Of a DNA stretch of 64,000 bases, positions 24,073 to 36,600 are shown in pieces (within the stretch, counting starts at the first letter, position 1; the number at the start of each line of letters is the position of its first letter). The notes beneath the pieces are model-generated. The model was not told the DNA's origin and made no database searches. It worked only from the letters and a program-made list of their open reading frames with translations. A program made the translations under genes and the position numbers. Source of the stretch: Adineta vaga (taxonomy: Eukaryota > Animalia > Rotifera); assembly GCA_021613535.1 (NCBI GenBank), contig CP075494.1, positions 1,178,001 to 1,242,000 on the forward strand. Reading direction: 5' to 3'.

Positions 24073-26310
24073 TTAAGAAGATATTATTTCGAACTTCTGA
24101 ATTCGATCATTTTCACAATCAACAACATACAGATTTCCTTCTGAATCAAATGATAAACCTTCAGGAAGATAAAATTGATTGGATAGATGACCTTCTCTAT
24201 TTCCACCGACAACAATTTCACCCTTCTTCTGACCCTCAATCCATCGCATTATTCGATGATTCATTGAATCTGCAACATAAATTTGTTTCCATTGATCAAC
24301 ATACAATCCTTTAGGTACAGACAATTGATTAAGATTATCTCCTTTACCTTTTCCACCTACAACAATCACACCTTCTCTTGCATATTTCTTCCATTTCATC
24401 ACACGATGATTGTCACTGTCAGATACATACAACGATTGTTCATCATCAAGAAAAATATAAGTAGGAAAACTGAGTTGACTTAATTGATTTCCTTTTCCAT
24501 TTCCCCCAGCAACTAATGTACTCTCTCTACCTTTTTCTTCAATTTTCCATCTTCTCACTTCATGTTTTTCCCTGTCAGAAACGTAAAGAAACCCGAATTT
24601 ATCCATTGCTAAACCATGACAATCGATATTCTCAATAAGAATCTCTTGGTGATTTTGATTCAACCATCGAATTACTCGTCTATTTTCTTGATCGGTAATG
24701 ATGATTGAATCGTTTTGTTGATCAATAAGTACATCTGTTGGATAATGCAGTTGATCTATTCTATTTCCCTTTCCATTTCCACCTGCAATGATTTGTCCTT
24801 GTTTTCTATTAGATTTCCATCGAACAATACGATGATTTTTAAAATCAGCAAGATAAATATTTTTATATTTATCAATAAAGATTCCATAAGGTTGACTAAG
24901 TTGATTTAATTTATGACCTCTGACATCTCCTCCAGCAATAGTTTTTGCATTTTCATTGAATTTTGTTTCTAGAAAAAGAAAAAAAGTGAAGATAAGTTAG
25001 GAGGAGTTTGAGAAAAGAATTCATTTGTTATTTCGTGTTTTTGTTGAATTAACTTTCAAGGGAAAATAAGAAATCTCAATTTTCTTACTTATTGAATTGA
25101 CTTTTCCACTTCGAGACTAAAAAAAGATTAAAATTAATTTTTTCATTTGGAAAGATTAATTTGACAAACCAAACAAGGAAAACAAAATAATTCCTTGCAA
25201 ATATTTGATAAATTATTTGTTTTTGATTGGATAAGATTGTTTTGTTTTGAATTCTAAAATAATGAAAAGATTTATGAAAAAACTTTTTCTGATAATTTCT
25301 TACATAAGTTGAGGTTGTGCCTTCATTTGTTGGAGAAACAATTTGAAGATCCAGGTTAGTTTGATCTATTTCGAAAAGAATTGAGAAAATAAAATTTTTT
25401 AATTAATAAAAAAATCATGACGCTAATTTAGATTTTCATAATATTTTGTCAATTTTAATTCTCTATTTACCTTTCAAACAAAGGTTTTTTTATGAAAATA
25501 TCAAAATCAGTTACCCGATGAATTACTGGATAGAGTGTTGTTATTTGGAATGGTTTGATTTCTTGATGAAATTGTATGCCAATCAAATTCTAATGAATGT
25601 GGACTGAATGGTGGTGTAAGAGTTTGAAATGGTGGATTCTTTTCACGTAAATGAATGATGAATAAATCATTTGTTATTTTCATTTTATCAATAACTTGAA
25701 AATAACTTCCAGGTAAAAGAAGAATTTCATTTTCTTTTTTGAAATACGAATGTGATTCAATTGCTTTTCCAGTAAAACATTCAATGCTAAAAATCGTTTT
25801 TGTATTATCATTTCCCATAAATTTCTTTATTTTTGACATTGTTTCAGTACAAGAACTCAATCCCCACCAGTAATGTTCTGCATTATATTGACCAAATAAG
25901 TTTCCTTTAACACCTCGCCAAATCGTTCCTCGATATGATGGAAGTTTATACAAAGCTGTAAGGAAAAGTTTAAGAAAAGAAAACCATGGTATAAGAGAAT
26001 CTCGATCTTCTGAACGAAGTTTTTCATTCAACAATTGAAATATACTTGGATGAGAATAAGGCCAGTGCATTGTATACAAATGAATTGATGCTGATTCATC
26101 TTGTGTTAAACCATCTGCAGGCTTTTCTGAATTTTTTAACACAATTTGTATCATGAGGTCTGAGTTGTAGAGTAAAGATTTGACTGGTGCAATTGATTCT
26201 TTCAGTGAAACAAGTGAACATTGTTCATATCCACTAATTGGTGTTAAGATTTGTTCAGGTTCTTGATCAGCATCGTAAAAACGTTGAGGAAAGTCTTCTT
26301 CTTGTGACAT
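24073..26310 (-). CDS. ADP-ribosyltransferase domain plus NHL-repeat beta-propeller (probably one spliced gene)
   Basis: The ART exon 26310-25515 has IWRG, LSSCT and ENEILL. The NHL exon 24968-24073 has repeated AGGNGxG..QLxxP. Short candidate exons with GT/AG lie between them; their exact joins are unresolved. Confidence 0.75.
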
Positions 26311-27151
26311 TGATCAGTATTTTAAAAACAAACTGTCTTCGAGAAAGAAACTATGTTCGTTGTAATAGTAAGATATTGTTAGCTCGTTCGTCGAGCGATT
26401 ATCTTTTATTTAAATGTAGAAAGAATAACTATTTAACTAGTGTGATACACGTGTATATATATATAGATATATTAAAAAACAAAGAAAAGAAGAAGAAAGA
26501 ATATACGCATACAACAGCAGAGAACATATATATTTATGTCGTTAACAGATATGTTTTTTTTACATCGATTTCGATTGGATTCCTTTGTTTTCAATGTGAA
26601 GAACGAAACCAATAAAAAAATTGATTTTGACTTTATATATTCTTTTTTCGTTGGATTTTCAGATTGCAAAGAAGAAAACGTGTATAAACAAATAACTTGT
26701 TTAAAACATGGAGAAATGAAAGAGAAAAGAGATTTTTTTTCTATCCAACATTTTTTTAATATTTGCGTAAATAAAAATAAAAATTTTTTCGAGAATTATT
26801 TTGTATATTATCCAATTTTAACATTGAAGTTTAATACAACTTTGGTTAATTTTATATCTGAATAGATGAAAAAGATTTCTACAAGATAAAAAAGTAATCT
26901 GTCATATAAACAGTATTTTTCTCGTAAAAACTATAACAACAAAAGATCATTATGATCTGAATAATTTGTCTGACGAAATATATATTTTCCAATATTGATT
27001 ATTTTTTCCAACTTTCAAGTCTTTTCGATTCGATATTCAAAACGAAGAAAAAACATTATCGCCATACCTAGATAAGAATATAAATCTTTTATATATCAAC
27101 TCACGCAATGTTTTATGACATTTTTTCGTTTTATGAAGACCAATGCAAATA

Positions 27152-27244
27152 TTGAGGGTGTGGGGTGTGGGTATGGGTGTGGGTTTAATTGTCTCTTCTG
27201 CAATACACCCTCACTCACGCCCACACGCTAAACCACCACTCACC
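27152..27244. repeat. Telomere-like palindrome element
   Basis: TTGAGGGTGTGGGGTGTGGGTATGGGTGTGGG...CACCCTCACTCACGCCCACAC. Confidence 0.8.
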
Positions 27245-27743
27245 AACTCTGACATACATATTTTGTATCGCGATCAAACCAGTCAACTTCAAAAGCAAAG
27301 GATTATAGGTAGAACCTTTTAAATCATGGACTATACCGAGCGAGGTATGTAGTTCTACTGATTTTAGATTATGAAAATCATTTGCTTGTCCTATAAAAGA
27401 ATTAAAAAACTACTTTTTTCACGTTAAAATATATTCGAAATATCTCAATTTCTACCTAATTGCACAACTATCGTGAAAATAGTTTTATTTAGTCTTATCT
27501 ATAGGCCTACTCATCTTTATGGAAAGGAAAAATCAATATCATTTTAACGACAACATCTGTCTCATAAAAAGAAATGAAGTTAATATTAATCATTACTGTT
27601 GTTCTTATTTTATGGAAATAATTATTCATTTTCTCAGTCGATAATTCATTTGTCTATTTTTTATTTTTGAAAACAGTACTACATTGGAACACTATTTTTA
27701 TACATTGAATCTGTTTGAAAATGTTGATTCACACACGAATGAG

Positions 27744-27817
27744 TTAGGGTGAGGGTGGGTGTAAGTGTCTCTTTTCTTTATCTATACCCACCCCATCCCA
27801 CACCCACTCTCAAGATG
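27744..27817. repeat. Telomere-like palindrome element
   Basis: TTAGGGTGAGGGTGGGTG...CCCACACCCACTCTCAAGATG. Confidence 0.8.
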
Positions 27818-29326
27818 AACACCTTGTAATACGTCTTTTTCGACATCTGAAAGACCTCGAAAATTCATTGTTTGATTGATTGCCATTATTGCACGTTTGA
27901 TAGAATTTTCCATGTTTTTTTTGTTACTAACAAAGATAAGACATACGCATAACCACTCGTGTATTAGGACGAAAGAAAAAAACAAGTAATGATATACAAA
28001 AAAGAATATGATTCATCGTTTGTTATGGTGAAATTTGATACGATTAAGCTGATAACTAAATAGAAGAAGATGGGGTTTTTAATTCTACATTTCTTTTTTT
28101 TTGGAAAATCGAAAAGATATTTTAAATTCATTTTAATCTTACCATCAATTTATATTTGATAAGCGACCAGCAAGTCCGATGACTCATAGTTTTCCTAAAC
28201 ATTGCATGAATACAATATTTTCATGATAATTGAATGTCCAAATACGTTTAGCTTGTGCAGCCATCTATAATATTTGCCATTGGTTGTTTGTCAAGCGATA
28301 ATAAACTATTCCCTACACTAAAAGGATAGGGTCTAGAAACCAAAATTCAATATATTACATTTGTCGGTAACATGGAACTAAAATACCATTTTTTTTTGGT
28401 CTTAAAGAACCTTTATTTTGGTACAAAAAAAGGAGGATTATTTCGGTTCTAAAGGATCATTTTTATAATATAGAAATAAACGGGTTGCTAAGATAAAAAT
28501 AAAAAGTTACTATGGTCTTATAGGGCCGTATTTATTTTAAAACAAAGGAGTACATTGCTGTACTGTAATATTGTGTATGATAGAGAAAGAGAGAGCTATT
28601 TAATTATCATATAATTCCATCGTTATTACATGCAAAAAGGTTCGTTTTTCTATAAAAAAAAAAATTGAAATATAGGAATAATATATGTAAATAGAAGTAC
28701 TTAATATCATTATATGAATTGTAGATTTAATGACTGGCTTATCTATTTAGAAAACTCAGTTTTAAACAACAATGCCTAGTGCAATGTTTCTTTCATATAA
28801 CTAACATCATTTAATTCGAGTAAGTAAATTATTGTTTATCTGTAATATAAGGCGCTATATCTAATATTCGAACTGTTCCCTGAATATTAATCATAAACCA
28901 AAAGCACGTTTACGTTTACAGATGGAAAATAATGGCAAGAATAATAACAATGAAAGTTCGTATATGAAACTTATTGATCTAAAAAAAGAAATGAATGTAC
29001 TTGATATCTTGAAGAAGATTCATCTGTACCAAACCATTTCATCAACACATCAATGAAAAGAACAACTATGTGTCCAAACGTATTTTGTGATGAATCATAT
29101 TATAAATATGAAGATTTACAAGATTCAGAAAGTATGCATTTTTTATTTGAATATTTTGCACGTAAACAGTTGTACGATTGGAACATATTTTTATTGAGCT
29201 TATCAATTAAAAATTTGTTTTTCAATAAATATGAGTAGACTATTTTGAAATACGTTGTCAGATACATTTGTATATAAGTAATCACAGTAAACGTTTCATA
29301 TTTCATTTCATTATTCTAAATTCAAT

Positions 29327-29397
29327 AGGGTGTGGGTGTGGGTATGGGTATTGATTTTCTGCATTCTTTAAAGCCACACCCACACCCACACCCTCAA
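29327..29397. repeat. Telomere-like palindrome element
   Basis: AGGGTGTGGGTGTGGGTATGGG...CCACACCCACACCCACACCCTCAA. Confidence 0.85.
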
Positions 29398-29659
29398 ATA
29401 CCTTATTTTTCACTGTTGCCCTTCCGAAATGAAGTGAGATGCAGGGCAGTATGTGGTTCTAACGTTTTTCTTAAATAAAGCTTCAAATATTCTTGAGACA
29501 TCACATTCGACAATTACAGTATAAATCCTTTTTTTTGTCAAAATATCTTGAAAAAAAACTTGCTCATTGGGATTCTAACTAATATTTATTCTAAGTGAAA
29601 TAAGAATATTAACAAATAAATTAGGCTGTGAATCTGTTCGAGCAATTGATAAAATAACT

Positions 29660-30570
29660 TTATATTTGTGATCTACCACCATCAACAAAAAGTTCAATTC
29701 CAGTAACATATGAACTGTCAACTGAAGCAAGAAATAAAGCTGCTTTTGCAATTTCTGATGGTTGACCAAGTAGGAAACTGCAAAATGGTCCCGGTCCCGG
29801 TCCCGCGGGACCAAGGCTAAAATTGTCAGCTAATTCCTCAATGTTTTTATCAAGTATGAGACTAGATATTTGCTTATTTATTTATTTGTCTTTAATTAAG
29901 AATTGACAAATGTGTTATTTTATAGTTCAAGAAAAATCGTATAGATCGAATTTACAATCGAAAAAGCGAGAATTTTCGTGAACTTCATATTTTTTTTGCA
30001 TAGATGAAGACAACACCTGAATTATTCTTAAGCTTTTATCAAGACCGGGACCGGGACGGGACCGGGACCGAAAAAAAGTGATTTTGCAGTTCCCTATGAC
30101 CAAGTCGACCCATAATAGAACTTGCTGCGATTGAGTTAAAATTTTTTTCTGTATTTTCTTCTGTACCACCCATATTTTTTAACGCTGAAGTAATAGTTGG
30201 ACCTGGACTAAGAGTATTAACACGATTTTTTCGATCTTTCAAATCAACACTTCAACAACGTGCAAATGATAGAACTGTAGCTTTTGTTGCACTATCAACA
30301 CTTACACCCGCTGAACCTTTCACTGACACATTCGATCCAAAAAGAATGATTGAACCACCCTCAACAAAGATTGACGAAGCTTTTAGAACAGTAAAAAGTA
30401 CACATTTAACATTCAGATTAAATAGATCATCGAATTTTTTTGTAATTGATTCTAATGGTTCTAAACTAAATATACCAGCCTTTGCCACCAAAACATGTAG
30501 TTTTCATTTTTCATTTTCAACTATTTTGATAATATTATCAATATCATCTAATTTAGCTTCATCAAATTCC
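29660..30570 (-). pseudogene. Bacterial-like short-chain dehydrogenase (SDR), 5'-truncated and MITE-interrupted
   Basis: LVAKAG, GGSII, SATKA, RVNTLSPGP. Removing the MITE restores [35 protein letters not shown]. Internal stops; the N-terminal GxxxGxG is missing. Confidence 0.85.
29771..30096. mobile_element. hAT-type MITE, 326 bp
   Basis: TIRs TAGGAAACTGCAAAAT / ATTTTGCAGTTCCCTA; 8-bp TSD TGACCAAG (29763-29770, 30097-30104); subterminal (GGTCCC)n/(GGGACC)n. Confidence 0.92.
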
Positions 30571-30640
30571 ATCTTGAGGATGTTATTTAGAAAGTGTCCG
30601 ACACCCACAACCTCACCCAGAGCCACACTTACACCTACCC
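30570..30640. repeat. Telomere-like palindrome element at the SDR truncation and satellite border
   Basis: CATCTTGAGGATG...ACACCCACAACCTCACCC..CACACTTACACCTACCC. Confidence 0.7.
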
Positions 30641-30699
30641 GTTTATTTTTTATCCACGTACGAAGGCGCAGTCACGGTATGATACATCAGCCATCTTCC

Positions 30700-33600
30700 A
30701 ATATCTTTGAGTGTGATTTCAAAAGCACGCAATATCTGTATAAGTGAAGAGGAAAACAACGAGACAGAGCAAACCAGGTAGCAGTTTTATTTAGAGATCC
30801 ATCGATCACCTAGGTAGCTCTTCTTTCTCTTTTATTTTGCATTCAGGTAAAATAGAGCAGTGTTGATATGACCCATGGATCATCCTTGTGTATTTTTCAT
30901 CTTAATCTCAGATGCAATTTATCTCTGTATAGGTGAAGAGGAAAACAACGAGACAGAGCAAACCAGGAGCAGTTTTATTTAGAAATCCATCCATCACTTG
31001 TGTACCCTTCATTTTGTTTCTTTTTTCATACAGGTATGAAGCAGCATCGGTGACACCAGCCATCGATCATCCTCGTTCATTTTTCATCTTAATCTCAGAT
31101 GCAATTTATCTCTCTATAGGTGAAGAGGAAAAGAAGGAGACAGAGCAAACCAGGCAGCAGTTTTATTTAGAAATCCATCGATCACATAGGTAGCTCTTCA
31201 TTTTCTTTTATTTTTCATTCAGGTAAAATAGAGCAGTGCTGATATGACCCATCGATCATCTTCGTACATTTTTCATCTTAATCTCAGATGCAATTTATCT
31301 CTGCATAGGTGAAGAGCAAAACAACTAGACAGAGCAAACCAGGTAGCAGTTTTATTTAGAAATCCATCGGTCACGTAGGTAGCCCTTCTTTCTCTTTTAT
31401 TTTGCATTCAGGTAAAATAGAGCAGTGTTGATATGACCCATCGATCATCCTCGTACGTTTTTCATCTTAATCTCAGATGGAATTTATCTCTGCATAGGTC
31501 AAGAGCAAAACAACGAGACAGAGCAAACCAGGTAGCAGTATTAGTTGGAAATCCCTCGATCACATGTGTACCCTTCATTTTGTTTCTTGTTTTATTCAGG
31601 TATGGAGCAGCATCCGTGACACCAGCCATCGATCATCCTCGTGCATTTTTCATCTTAATCTCAGATGCAGTTTATCTCTCTATAGGTGAAGAGGAAAAGA
31701 AGGAGACAGAGCAAACCAGGCAGCAGTTTTATTTAGAAATCGATCGATCACATAGGTAGCTCTTCATTTTCTTTTATTTTTCATTCAGGTAAAATAGAGC
31801 AGTGTTGGTATGACCGATCGATCGTCCTCTTGTACTTTTAATCTTAATCTCAGATGCATTTTATATCTGTACAGGTGAAGAGCAAAACAACGAGACAGAG
31901 CAAACCAGGTAGCAGTATTAGTTGGAAATCCCTCGATCACATGTGTACCCTTCATTTTGTTTCTTTATTCATTCAGGTATGAAGCAGCATCGGTGACACC
32001 ACCAATCCATCATTCTCCTATATATTTGATCATAATCTCAGATGCAATTGATCTCTGTATAGGTGAAGAGCAAAACAACGAGACAGAGCAAACCAGGCAG
32101 CAGTTTTATTTAGAAATCGATCGATCACGTAGGTAGCTCTTCATTTTCTTTTATTTTTCATTCAGGTAAGAAGCATCAGTGGTGACGTAACCGATCGATC
32201 ATCCTCGTACATTTTTCATCTTAATCTCAGATGCAGTTTATCTCTGCAGAGGTGAAGAGGAAAACAACGAGACGCAGCAAACCAAGCAGCAGTTTTATTT
32301 AGAAATCCATCGATCACATAGGTAGCTCTTCATTTTCTTTTATTTTTCATTCAGGTAAAATAGAGCAGTGTTGGTGTGACCGATCGATCGTCCTCTTGTA
32401 CTTTTAATCTTAATCTCAGATGCATTTTATATCTGTACAGGTGAAGAGCAAAACAACGAGACAGAGCAAACCAGGCAGCAGTTTTATTTAGAAATCGATC
32501 GATCACGTAGGTAGCTCTTCATTTTCTTTTATTTTTCATTCAGGTAAAATAGAGCAGTGTTGGTATGACCGATCGATCGTCCTCTTGTACTTTTAATCTT
32601 AATCTCAGATGCATTTTATATCTGTACAGGTGAAGAGCAAAACAACGAGACAGAGCAAACCAGGTAGCAGTATTAGTTGGAAATCCCTCGATCACATGTG
32701 TAGCTCTTCATTTTGTTTCTTTATTCATTCAGGTATGAAGCAGCATCGGTGACACCACATCATTCTCCTATATGTTTGATCATAATCTCAGATCAATTGA
32801 TCTCTGTATAGGTGAAGAGCAAAACAACGAGACAGAGCAAACCAGGCAGCAGTTTTATTTAGAAATCGATCGATCACGTAGGTAGCTCTTCATTTTCTTT
32901 TATTTTTCATTCAGGTAAGAAGCATCAGTGGTGACGTAACCGATCGATCATCCTCGTACATTTTTCATCTTAATCTCAGATGCAGTTTATCTCTGCAGAG
33001 GTGAAGAGGAAAACAACGAGACGCAGCAAACCAAGCAGCAGTTTTATTTAGAAATCCATCGATCACATAGGTAGCTCTTCATTTTCTTTTATTTTTCATT
33101 CAGGTAAAATAGAGCAGTGTTGATATGACCCATCGATGATGCTCGTACATTTTTCATCTTAATCTCAGATGCAGTTTATATCTGTACAGGTGAAGAGCAA
33201 AACAACGAGACAGAGCAAACCAGGCAGCAGTTTTATTTAGAAATCCATCGATCACATAGGTAGCTCTTCATTTTCTTTTATTTTTCATTCAGGTAAGAAG
33301 TAGCAGTGGTGACGTAACCGATCGATTACCCTCGTACATTTTTCATCTTAATCTCAGATGCAGTTTATATCTGTACAGGTGAAGAGGAAAACAACGAGAC
33401 GCAGCAAACCAGGCAGCAGTTTTATTTAGAAATCCATCGATCACATAGGTAGCTCTTCATTTTCTTTTATTTTTCATTCAGGTAAAATAGAGCAGTGTTG
33501 GTGTGACCGATCGATCGTCCTCTTGTACTTTTAATCTTAATCTCAGATGCATTTTATATCTGTACAGGTGAAGAGCAAAACAACGAGACAGAGCAAACCA

Positions 33601-36600
33601 GGCAGCAGTTTTATTTAGAAATCGATCGATCACGTAGGTAGCTCTTCATTTTCTTTTATTTTTCATTCAGGTAAGAAGTAGCAGTGGTGACGTAACCGAT
33701 CGATTACCCTCGTACATTTTTCATCTTAATCTCAGATGCAATTTATCTCTGCATAGGTGAAGAGGACAAGAAGGAGACAGAGCAAACCAGGCAGCAGTTT
33801 TATTTAGAGATCCATCGGTCACGTAGGTAGCCCTTCATTTTCTTTTATTTTTCATTCAGGTAAGAAGTAGCAGTGGTGACGTAACCGATCGATTACCCTC
33901 GTACATTTTTCTTCTTAATCTCAGATGCAATTTATCTCTGCATAGGTGAAGAGCAAAACAACTAGACAGAGCAAACCAGGTAGCAGTTTTATTTAGAAAT
34001 CCATCGATCACGTAGGTAGCTCTTCTTTCTCTTTTATTTTGCATTCAGGTAAAATAGAGCAGTGTTGATATGACCCATCGATCATCCTCGTACGTTTTTC
34101 ATCTTAATCTCAGATGCAATTTATCTCTGCATAGGTGAAGAGCAAAACAACGAGACAGAGCAAACCAGGCAGCAGTTTTATTTAGAAATCGATCGATCAC
34201 GTAGGTAGCTCTTCATTTTCTTTTATTTTTCATTCAGGTAAGAAGCATCAGTGGTGACGTAACCGATCGATCATCCTCGTACATTTTTCATCTTAATCTC
34301 AGATGCAGTTTATCTCTGCAGAGGTGAAGAGGAAAACAACGAGACGCAGCAAACCAAGCAGCAGTTTTATTTAGAAATCCATCGATCACATAGGTAGCTC
34401 TTCATTTTCTTTTATTTTTCATTCAGGTAAAATAGAGCAGTGTTGATATGACCCATGGATCATCCTTGTGTATTTTTCATCTTAATCTCAGATGCAGTTT
34501 ATCTCTGCAGAGGTGAAGAGGAAAACAACGAGACGCAGCAAACCAGGCAGCAGTTTTATTTAGAAATCCATCGATCACATAGGTAGCTCTTCATTTTCTT
34601 TTATTTTTCATTCAGGTAAAATAGAGCAGTGTTGGTGTGACCGATCGATCGTCCTCTTGTACTTTTAATCTTAATCTCAGATGCATTTTATATCTGTACA
34701 GGTGAAGAGCAAAACAACGAGACAGAGCAAACCAGGTAGCAGTATTATTTAGAGATCCATCGGTCACGTAGGTAGCTCTTCATTTTCTTTTATTTTTCAT
34801 TCAGGTAAGAAGTAGCAGTGGTGACGTAACCGATCGATTACCCTCGTACATTTTTCATCTTAATCTCAGATGCAGTTTATCTCTGCAGAGGTGAAGAGGA
34901 AAACAACGAGACGCAGCAAACCAAGCAGCAGTTTTATTTAGAAATCCATCGATCACATAGGTAGCTCTTCATTTTCTTTTATTTTTCATTCAGGTAAAAT
35001 AGAGCAGTGTTGATATGACCCATCGATGATGCTCGTACATTTTTCATCTTAATCTCAGATGCAATTTATCTCTGCAGAGGTGAAGAGCAAAACAACTAGA
35101 CAGAGTAAACCAGGTAGCAGTTTTATTTAGAAATCGATCGATCACGTAGGTAGCTCTTCATTTTCTTTTATTTTTCATTCAGGTAAGAAGCATCAGTGGT
35201 GACGTAATCGATCGATTACCCTCGTACATTTTTCATCTTAATCTCAGATGCAGTTTATCTCTGCAGAGGTGAAGAGCAAAACAACTAGACAGAGCAAACC
35301 AGGCAGCAGTTTTATTTAGAAATCCATCGATCACATAGGTAGCTCTTCATTTTCTTTTATTTTTCATTCAGGTAAGAAGTAGCAGTGGTGACGTAACCGA
35401 TCGATTACCCTCGTACATTTTTCATCTTAATCTCAGATGCAGTTTATATCTGTACAGGTGAAGAGCAAAACAACTAGACAGAGCAAACCAGGCAGCAGTT
35501 TTATTTAGAAATCCATCGATCACATAGGTAGCTCTTCATTTTCTTTTATTTTTCATTCAGGTAAGAAGTAGCAGTGGTGACGTAACCGATCGATTACCCT
35601 CGTACATTTTTCATCTTAATCTCAGATGCAGTTTATATCTGTACAGGTGAAGAGCAAAACAACGAGACAGAGCAAACCAGGCAGCAGTTTTATTTAGAGA
35701 TCCATCGATCACATAGGTAGCTCTTCATTTTCTTTTATTTTTCATTCAGGTAAGAAGTAGCAGTGGTGACGTAACCGATCGATTACCCTCGTACATTTTT
35801 CATCTTAATCTCAGATGCAATTTATCTCTGCATAGGTGAAGAGGACAAGAAGGAGACAGAGCAAACCAGGCAGCAGTTTTATTTAGAGATCCATCGATCA
35901 CATAGGTAGCTCTTCATTTTCTTTTATTTTTCATTCAGGTAAGAAGTAGCAGTGGTGACGTAACCGATCGATTACCCTCGTACATTTTTCATCTTAATCT
36001 CAGATGCAGTTTATCTCTGCATAGGTGAAGAGCAAAACAACAAGACAGAGCAAACCAGGTAGCAGTTTTATTTAGAAATCCATCGATCACGTAGGTAGCT
36101 CTTCTTTCTCTTTTATTTTGCATTCAGGTAAAATAGAGCAGTGTTGATATGACCCATCGATCATCCTCGTACGTTTTTCATCTTAATCTCAGATGCAATT
36201 TATCTCTGCATAGGTGAAGAGGACAAGAAGGAGACAGAGCAAACCAGGCAGCAGTTTTATTTAGAAATCCATCGGTCACGTAGGTAGCTCTTCATTTTCT
36301 TTTATTTTTCATTCAGGTAAGAAGCATCAGTGGTGACGTAACCGATCGATCATCTTCGTACAGTTTTCGTCTTAATCTCAGATGCAGTTTATCTCTGCAT
36401 AGGTGAAGAGCAAAACAACTAGACAGAGCAAACCAGGTAGCAGTTTTATTTAGAAATCCATCGATCACGTAGGTAGCTCTTCTTTCTCTTTTATTTTGCA
36501 TTCAGGTAAAATAGAGCAGTGTTGATATGACCCATCGATCATCCTCGTACGTTTTTCATCTTAATCTCAGATGCAATTTATCTCTGCATAGGTGAAGAGC

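Noticed and set aside
28922-29238. Possible small gene
   Set aside because: Broken frames with no recognisable motif or consistent splice model.
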